Source of the DNA: Hydrurus foetidus
Lineage: Eukaryota
Assembly: GCA_900617105.1 (NCBI GenBank)
Contig: UYFQ01000689.1
Location: forward strand, 1 to 49,425
Direction of reading: 5' to 3'
DNA: 49,425 nt
Of this stretch, positions 40,901-49,425 are shown piece by piece. The position numbers and the translations under genes are program-made. The stretch's first letter is position 1. The number at the start of each line of letters is the position of its first letter. The notes below the pieces were generated by a model that saw only the letters and a program-made list of their open reading frames with translations, ran no database searches and was not told the origin of the DNA.

Positions 40901-43900
40901 TGTTCGTGTTGGGGGAACACCACCCCAGCTGTCCTCAACTTCTCCATGTGTCCTCTCTGCTGATAGATGCATCCTCCGAATTCGGTCAGCTTCGCCTTCA
41001 GTTTAGTCCTAATTTGCTTGTTCAGCGGCTCTACAGATCGAGGGAGGGACTCCGTGCTGTACAGCTCGCCGGTAGTGCCCAGATCCACGATATCTTTCTG
41101 TAAGTCAACAAACACTACTGACTGTGGTCTGCGCTCCTTGGGTGTAGTTCTGAGGTACTGGGAGTGTACGCCTATTAAGAAGGGTACGGGTGCGTCCAGT
41201 ATCTCCACCATGTTCAAGGGCATCACTGGAATGTAACAACCTGCGAGGCAAGGGAACGGGAGAATGTTCTGAGCACTCCAATCGTGGAAGGCGCGAAAGA
41301 TAGAAGTGAACGGATAAGAGAATAGTGTGTTCCTGATTCGTCCTGATTTGCGGGGGACAAATTTGTCAGATGCAAATTTGTCCCGGGACAGGACAGATTT
41401 TGCGAAAATAAGTCCTTTTTTTCGATTTTAGGACAAATTTACCCCGAGCTGAGTTTGTCGCAGACTAGTCGGGACAAACCAGGAAATCGCAAGACTTGAC
41501 AAGACAAGTCAGACCAAATATGAGATAACAATGCTCTGCAGTACACATATTTCACGCTGCATCACATAGCATAGCATGTCATGAAACAGTAGAATGTCTG
41601 GTCCACGGTACCTTGCCACACTAGGGGGAAGAGGAAGGAGAGGAACGCCTCTTGCACTGGGGTGAGAAGGGAGAGGTTGTCGGAACAAATGCACACCGTC
41701 AGCTCCGCGCACAAGCACTGGAAGATGATGATGATATTCTCCACTGACAGACAGCTGAATAAAGGGCGATAAGAAAAGTCAGCCATCGGCAGCTTGTTTG
41801 GCGGTGGGCGTGATATCGTCATTTTCACGTTGTTCGGCATGAAGTATCGCACGTCCACCCGCCCACTGGGAGGCAGAGGAACTTCTTTGAGGAAATTTAT
41901 CGCGTATCTCTCTAACGGCATCGGAGCAGAGGACAAACTGATGTGGTAGATGTTCCGCAGAAATCCTGATAGTGAAATGTGAAGATTAGCAAGGGGCGAA
42001 AAAGGCACGCATTATCAGATGAGGAAATAAATGTCAGAGTGCATAGCTATCTTGAGCAGAAAAAGATGAGTTGTACCAGATACGCTTTGTAGAAAGCTGT
42101 TTGACATGATGTAAAGATAGGGGCTGGTGCTGAAACATGGTATGGGATGAAAAGGAATGGGATGCAGTGATTAGTTCATTACTCGCCTGAGAAGCAGCTG
42201 TAGAAGGGGTAGTGCGACACCACTGTGAGGGCCTTGGGCATGTACACTATCGGCCACGTGGGCAACATACTGCTCCCTACGTCATCAGTGCAATAAAATG
42301 AAGTGCAACTATGAATGTAAGAAAAGGGGAAGGAAGTTGCGCTGTTCTAACAGAATATGGCTAATTGGTCAGACATTGACAGTACTAGCTGCCTCCTCGA
42401 AATTGAAAGCTGCAATACTTTTCATTCCTTACTCATTGTTCTCAATTCTCATGCAGTTACTAAGGTGTTGATAGTTGTGACTGCTGGAGAGTTTCACTCC
42501 CTCATCGATTTCAAGATAATGCCATTCATCATCTGTATATTCGAGTGTGATGCTCTATCTTCCAATATGTGCCGTAAGCTAATACTGTCATCTGCAGTGC
42601 ATCACAGCGAGTAGCAAGTCTGTCTGCACGAACTATTCGCATATGTTCTTTTCATTACAATTGAGCGTTTGTACAGCTGTCCGCCAGTCTGTCCCCCACG
42701 CGCCTTCATGTAATTCTCGTCTCATATTACTGCAATAGATCATTCTCGCAGCAGGTGGAAGAAGAAATACACAGAAGAGAGTGACAGAGCATAGAAGAAC
42801 ACTCTCAGCCCATGACGTCATTCAATGAACATTCTGATCCGATCTAACAGGAACATGGAGGGATCTTGGACCCACGTACCGACAGGGTGTCCAAGCATCT
42901 GTGCGAGGTCTTCGGGCTCTACCAGCTCATACACATGCAGCGCTGCACCGTACAGCTTCATGCCTGATGTACCAGTCAGATTTGTGACATCGGTGAGACA
43001 TGGTGAGTAGTAGTTGTACGTGTAGAGGGAGGAGGTGTACAATGGAAGAATGGAGTTGTTCAAAAGAGGTTGGAAAAAGGAAAATTGGAATATAGTAGCA
43101 ATAGGAAGAGAGAGAGGGACAGTGCATCTCTAAACAAGGGTAAGAGGGTAACAGAGCAGTGCAGATAACTAAATTTCAGTGGAGTCATATCAGGACAGTG
43201 ATAATGGTGACTAATAATAAAATCCCATGCCACTCTACCTGATGCATTGGTGAGAACGAATGTGAAGGAATGTGGCGGACAATCTACGGCACTCAGTTTC
43301 AGATCACAAGGAAAGACACACGGAGCCAGGAACTCTGGCAGTTCCATGTCAGAGTAGTCGCTCTCAGGAGGACAGCAGTTTACCACACTTGGCTTGAATG
43401 TGATGTCTTCAGGATTCGCTGGGGAGTCAGAGGAGCCGCCCTGACGGATGATGATAAGAAACACTCATGTGAATAAGATAAGATACTTCCAGGATAGCAG
43501 CATTAAAAGTGCGGTGTAGAATTTCACGGCGTCAAATAAACACACAAATCACCTTGACAAAACTCCTCGTTTGAAAATTCTGGCCATATTGTTTGCATTC
43601 TCCTGCTCCAACGGTGACAAAGAAATCAGCTATTCTTACAGGTAGAGATGTGTCGTCTTTCGAAGAGTTGTTCTTTCCAGTCTTCTTCGACTTCGGTCCC
43701 AGTCGCTGCTGTTGCTGCTGCATAGCAGTATAATTCAACCCATCGGGAAAAGTAAAGTAGAGTACGTCATACTTCGCTGTAATCCATTTCTTGCGCTCCT
43801 CATTTGAACTCGTGGGTACGAGTTTCTTCCAATCTTGAGGCACATATCTTTCCAGAGTATTGTTCACTGCGACATTGCTGATTGACTCCTGCATTTTCTT

Positions 43901-44134
43901 CACATCTTCCTTGCTCCATGAAGCACATTCCTCAAACACCGCAACCTTGATGGATGCTGATTTACCCAAGACCACAATATGCTGTTCGCTACAAGCCTCG
44001 CATATCAACACACCAAATGACAGCGACGCAAATATTCTGTGGTCTCCGAGAGGAACTTTGCAGTCAGCGCACAATCTATTCGGCGCTAATCTAGTGAGCT
44101 TAAGCAGTTCTCTTTGGCCTGCAGACGATGACAT
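34993..44134 (-). CDS. Multi-exon ArfGAP-like zinc finger + uDENN/DENN/dDENN + IQ-motif protein
   Basis: Exon 1: CADC..FASLSFGVLICEAC..LERYVP..RKKWITAKY. DENN: IADFFVTVG, LPEFLAPCVFP, FTFVLTNASG, LYGAAL, VVSHYPFY, PLFSCLSVEN, LFPLVWQG, LDAPVPFLIGVH, IRNAFLRVF, ETQMF, FFEESILAKKNRS. IQ-like: CKMQSLFRM, KVQGFLRM, IRLQSAFRR. The 3' end (34993) is less certain. Confidence 0.85.
37988..39070. repeat. Intronic minisatellite, 24 x 45 bp
   Basis: Unit GAGTGCTTTCATGTTYGTGTCTRTGAGTACGCATGCTTGTGTGTG, head to tail with no spacers; 1083 bp / 45 = 24 copies; lies between DENN-gene exons. Confidence 0.97.
41323..41492. mobile_element. Possible ~170-bp MITE in a DENN-gene intron
   Basis: Imperfect TIRs TTCCTGATTCGTCC / GGACAAACCAGGAA and several internal GGACAAA/TTTGTC motifs in both orientations; no clear TSD. 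Confidence 0.45.
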
Positions 44135-45317
44135 TTCTCGCTCAAAATTGGATTCTCAATAAGTATCACGAAGCTGCCTTTAAAGCAGTACAAGCTACGT
44201 CAACACAAAGTTGCATGCTGAATATCAACCAGAGAGAAGCACCACATTATTCTATAGAACTGGGAACCTAATGACACTGTATCCGATTGAGTAGCCTAAC
44301 TCCTAAGTGGTGACATATTTGTCGCTATCAATTTTGGAAATTCTCCACAGTTTGAATCCAAGTTCCATTCAGATAATTATCCTGAGAATCACGTTATTGA
44401 AGAACTGAGGGCATCTGTGCTTTCCCTTCTCATGTCGTGCAATTTGATTTTAACATCTTTTACCGGACGCTGTTTCAAAAATAGAGGCGACAGAGCGTGC
44501 TCTCGCTCATTCGGCCCTATCCAGAGGGTGCGTAGTTACACGGTACACTCGAGATGGATCGGTTCCGAGATCCCTGATCTTTCAGTATCTCAAATCTGTG
44601 AAAAAATAACGTCAAATGGCCTTCAAAAAGTGGAGATTGTAGATCGTTCTTTGTGGTTTCAATACCAGTTTTTGCGGCGATGAGGGAAATAGGGTCTCCT
44701 AAGCTCTAACTTCCTAATGGACTATGCAAAACAGCCAAGCATTTGAATTTCCCACCAAAAAGGACAAAAATAGAAACAGCTAAAGAGAGAGTTAAAACGT
44801 GAAGATGGTTGCTTAGCCCCTGAGAGCTGTTGTGTTTTATCCCCTCTGAGTATTGCTTTGAAATGGAAACACGCTATTTTGTTCCGTAGAGATTGTTTGC
44901 TGACGAGTCCATCATTATTCTCCCGTTGGCTGTCCCCATCGAGGACGAACCGCGAAACTTCACCTACTTGACAGCAAGCAAGCACGTGTTCATCAGGATT
45001 GACGTCCAACCTCAGCCACGCCTCATCTCTGGACAATGTACGGTTTACGCTAACGGGACTTTGGAGCAACTGTTACCGATAGGCGCGTGCGTTAAGTTTC
45101 CGTCAGCCACCAACTTACCTACTGGCGGAATCGGAGATGATAGAACTATTGAAGGACTCAATTAAGACCAACGTGCGGCACATGCTCAGCAAGCAAGGAG
45201 GGATTGCATACGCCCACTGGATACAGGGGGGTGGGGGTGGAGCAGGCCGAAGACCTTGAAGCTAAACCGCGAGGTACCGCGCAGAGAGTATTCAGAGCTA
45301 TGGATTCTTGGAAGTAG

Positions 45318-48300
45318 TGTGGTGGTACCGGGTATGCCGGGCCTACGGGCCGTACCGAACCTCGTCACCATCCACCCGATCCTTCCGCCTACAGTGCACA
45401 TACATCTCTAGCACAGCTGCCAGCTAGCTGCAGCCGACTCGTAGAAGTTAACCTAGCTTCTAGCATAGCCTGTAACTAACTATCACCTACCACTCTATCG
45501 ACTTCCTCTTCCATCCAGACTACAATAGCGCTATTCGTCCAATATTTCATCTTCTAACTCTCAGTCCATCTACTCGTCCCAACCTGTAGATAAGACTTCT
45601 GAGCTACTGCTCGTCAGCTATAAGCCGACTTCTCTTGCAGCTTCGAGCTCAGAAAACTGTAGTTTAAGTTAGAGAAAGCCAGCATACCTGCTTTCTTGGT
45701 ATCTCTAAGCTTGCGCTCTTCCATTCTTTAAGTTTCCGGTCGAAGTCGAAAGATCTGCTCGGCCGGCTGTTTGAATCACAGATTCATCACCGCAGACATA
45801 AGATTAGTCAAGAGACATCTTTTTGTCGCTGAAGAGCAGCAGCTTATACCTTTAAAGGTACCCAAATTTTCTACCACTCAAAATTTGGCTCTTACGCCAT
45901 TGAACTTTTCAGTTCAAGAGTTGGTTAGAATTCTCTAACGCGTTGTTACTGACGTTACAGTACCCGTTAGCGAACAAGGCAAACCCCTTGCAATTTTTTT
46001 GACAACGGGGGATTGATCTCTGCTGTGTTTAAGCGAGATACATATCTAGTAGCGATATATCCGCCGCCGCACCTCCAACTCCTCCACCTCCTGATGAGGA
46101 AGAGATTGCTCGCCTCGCAGCATTGGCTGCACTCAATGAGTCTTTACCATTGAACAACTCGTTGTTTGCAAACAATTCGCTGACGATGCAACTCCAGAGT
46201 GAGGTGTTCGTGCTCAGACACAACTTCATCGATAAAGCTGATGCCATTGAGTTCTACGAATAGGCTCAATGCAATCCCAACATGAAGTTGACGGACTGTA
46301 TGCAGAAGCAGGCAATCAAACTATTGAACTTCAAAATCTTAGTCGATCCTGAATTCAACATCATAGATGGTCGACAACGTCATGATTGGTTCACCATACT
46401 ATCGGTGACTCAGGTAGCCACTCTTGTAGTGAGGTACTTCTGCCCAAACGGTCTGGGGGAATGTACTTTGGCGGAGAGTTTTAGCCAAATTCCTTTCCAC
46501 TACCAGATCGCTAACCACGATCATGAGAATGCCACTTTCATTCGCTACAAGTAACTTGTGAGCATCTGTGAGAGGTCCAAGGGCCCTCTGACTGCGACTC
46601 AGCATGCTGAGCTCATTCAGATCTTGGAGAAGCGCCTAGCTAAGCTGACACCTCACCACCCAACACGGGGACGTGGTTAAAGACAATGCTACGCATTGGT
46701 CAGGTTCTGGCTGAGGCTAGGTCGATGATGAACCTCATCAAGAGCTACGGCAACCCGGAGGTAGTGTACTCGTTCCCTCCATCAGCTATTCCGCCTGAGG
46801 TTGGTAAGAAAGAGACAGGAAGAGCTAGTGTTAAAGCACCCTCTCCTACTCCACCCGTGACGTCTAGATCACTCACAACGACTGTGCGTACAACTGGCTC
46901 GTACATTCCGACTCAGCACGGACTCGCTGTCCGTGCGTCGAGGGAAGTGCCGTTCGTACCGAACTCACTAGCGTGCCGCTCGTGCGGGTCTAAGTCGCAC
47001 ATGTTGGGCAAGTGCCCCATCCTGTATTACTCCGACTCCAATACAGACTATTCGGCTGATTGGGAGGATTCTACATTGGGGATGGCTCGGGCCGCGGTAG
47101 GGCTCACTGCATGGCAACAACATCTCGTACTCCCCGGATACGAAGATCGCGTTCTGTTACTCCCTAAGGGTTCTAAACCCTACTTGATGTCTAACGACAA
47201 CAAGCGCCCCAAAAACAGCCATGGTGGCGGTAACAACCCCAATGCCTCTGGTGGTTCAGATCGTTCCAACCAGGGACAAGGGGGGTATAACCAAAACCAG
47301 GGGAACCACGGTAACCAGGGAGGTGGTTACCATGGCAACCAAGGAGGGGGTAGAGGTAAGCAGAGGGGAGGATACAACCCCAATGCGAACCAAAACCAGG
47401 GTCGTGGATCCGGTGGCAGGGGAAATCGGTACAACCCCCCACAGGGAAACAACCCTCCCTCCTCTTCCAACTCAGGTCAGGATCAAGGTAAGAACCTTCG
47501 TTTTGATGACGTGGCTGCTGTCTTTGACGATAATAACCATAATCTGATGGAAGTTCATATCGAAGACCAGCCACATGTAATTGTTCGTGAAGAATTTTTG
47601 CGTGACCCATCTATCCTTCCTTCTCACCACCTCAACGTAACTGTTATCGTGCAGGATAAAGCAAAGACAGGCCCAGCGAAAGAGCTACGGGCCGTGGGGA
47701 AAGCCGTGCTAGACACCGCGAATTATTCGGAGGATTTTGTTTCTTTTACGATGTTAGAAAAACTTAATGCTACTCACCTATGTTACCCCGCTCCTACAGC
47801 TATCACTGTTTGCAGCGGCCTTGATGGTCAATGCTATTTAAATAACGAAGTTTGCGATTTAGAAATCCTTTTTCATTCTTACGATGGCGAATGCCAGAGC
47901 ATCAGCTTACCCATGAGGGTGAACAGGAAAATTGAAATTGAAATTTTGTTTAGCCGTAAAACGGTAAAGAAATACGATTTTTGATCCTTAACTCCGTTTG
48001 CTTTCGGCATCTCGCCAGAACTAAGCGCGGAGAATGAGAAGAAAAGCGATGCGCGCAAACGTGGCTTCGATAAGAAGGAAGCTTTGTTGAAACTTGATCC
48101 CATGTATCAACATAAGTATACGCGTCGTATGATAGCGTTGGGTGCCGAACCTGATATAGCCGAAGTCGAGTCTATTACGCCTCACTATGATAAGCTAAAG
48201 TATCCAGGCGGTAAACCATCCTCTAAAAAGAGGGAAACATATGGATTACAAGAGTATCTATATAAGAAGAGCGTATTGCTTGGTCAATCTTCTTCGAAGA

Positions 48301-49425
48301 GCAACGTCTCTTGTGTCCATTCAATGTCGACATGTAACGATACCCAAATGGATATTGAGGGAGTCGCGACCCAAAATTCCTGTGGTGATGTAAGTTGTGA
48401 GCGACTGAATAGTGTCACTACTATTCTCGCAAAACGTACGGGTGATACACCGCACCTAGGTGGCGACCAGATTCCCACCCTTACACATACCTTTGGAGAT
48501 TCTGATACCCCCGACTATGTCACTGAGCCTTTATGGCCCAGTGGTGTCGCACTCTCAGTTGACGAGATTGACGATGGCAAGATAGACACGTTCGCACCCT
48601 TCTTAGCTGAGAAACCTAGTCAAGATGACTTGCCCAAGGGGCCAGAGGATTTCCTCAACGAGATTACCTTTGAGGGAGATGAAAGCTTTCAGAGGAAGTT
48701 CTGATGTTCAGACATTTTAGTGATCAGCCAGCTGAGAAACCAGCGCCACTTAAACCTTTTGAGATTAACATCCCACTTGAGTTGTGGGAAAACCGTACGC
48801 CGGTAACGTCCCCAGTCATCGACAAAGAGGTTCTTATATCTCGATGAGATGCTCGTCGTAGAGCGGATGCTGCTTATTACAGTCATCCTGTAATCGTAAC
48901 TACGTCACCCGGCCACTCTTACTAAGCGCCTGACTCCCGCCTCTTTTCCCCTACCGAATATCAAACATCTTTTTGAGAGGATCGGTAATAAAAAACCGGA
49001 TATTTTGGTGTGATGGATTTAACCGCGGGTTACCATCAGGCACCGTTACACCCCTCACATTGCATTTCACGACATTCATATGCTTTGCGGGGATCTTTCA
49101 GTTTACGAGACTGCCCTCCTGTCGTGCCCCTCTTACTTCAAGAGCAGATGTAACGGCGGTCCTCTTATCATCTATCATTGTTGCGAGATGTACCTCGACG
49201 ATTGTATAGTATATGGCAAGGGTGAAGCGGAGTTTCCTAAAAACTTGAACAAAGTCTTTGAAAGATTCAGACTTAAGGGTCTTCGACTCAAAGCCAAAAA
49301 ATGCCGCTTTGGTTTACCTCGTATTGAATACGTTGGCAGAGTGGTTGACAAAGATGATTTATCAATGCCAAAAGAGAAAATAGAAACAGTGCTGAACTTT
49401 TCCCTACCTAAGAACTTAACACTGT
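45318..49425 (+). mobile_element. Decayed Ty3/gypsy LTR retrotransposon, truncated by the window end
   Basis: Gag-like frame with stops (about 45800-46680); CCHC CRSCGSKSHMLGKC; protease AVLDTA; RT fragments YSHPVIV, MDLTAGYHQ, GIFQFTRLP, YLDDCIVYG, LKAKKCRFG..IEYVGR, in PR-RT order with stops and frameshifts. The left boundary (TGTGGT at 45318, possible LTR to ..ACTACA 45524) is a guess because the second LTR is outside the window. Confidence 0.85.

Noticed and set aside
45698..45704. TGGTATC as an initiator-Met PBS for the gypsy element
   Set aside because: Only 7 nt match, it is not preceded by an LTR-like CA, and the LTR cannot be defined without the second copy.

Overview
Eukaryotic genomic DNA with spliceosomal introns and pentanucleotide microsatellites, most likely from a plastid-bearing stramenopile/ochrophyte alga (inferred from bipartite signal+transit N-termini). 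Six host genes are supported: an ABCC/MRP transporter, an Aa_trans amino-acid transporter, HPRT, a Tim17/22/23-family protein not captured as a single ORF, a CcmI/CycH-C-terminal-like protein and an ArfGAP-like/DENN/IQ protein. About 40% of the window is transposable element: a decayed DxxH-type (Mutator-like) transposase with C-terminal Myb-like repeats, an intact two-gene PIF/Harbinger element (TIRs, unusual GCG TSD), an intact young Ty1/copia retrotransposon (403-bp LTRs, CCAAG TSD), a decayed hAT-like element with a second, deleted Harbinger nested in its right TIR, a possible MITE, and a decayed Ty3/gypsy element cut by the window end. Best novelty candidate: the copia element has no tRNA-type primer-binding site. 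The 10 nt right after its 5' LTR are exactly complementary to an Inr-adjacent 10-mer inside the LTR, the layout of Tf1-type self-primed reverse transcription, which I know only from gypsy elements. All calls are by eye; no searches were run.
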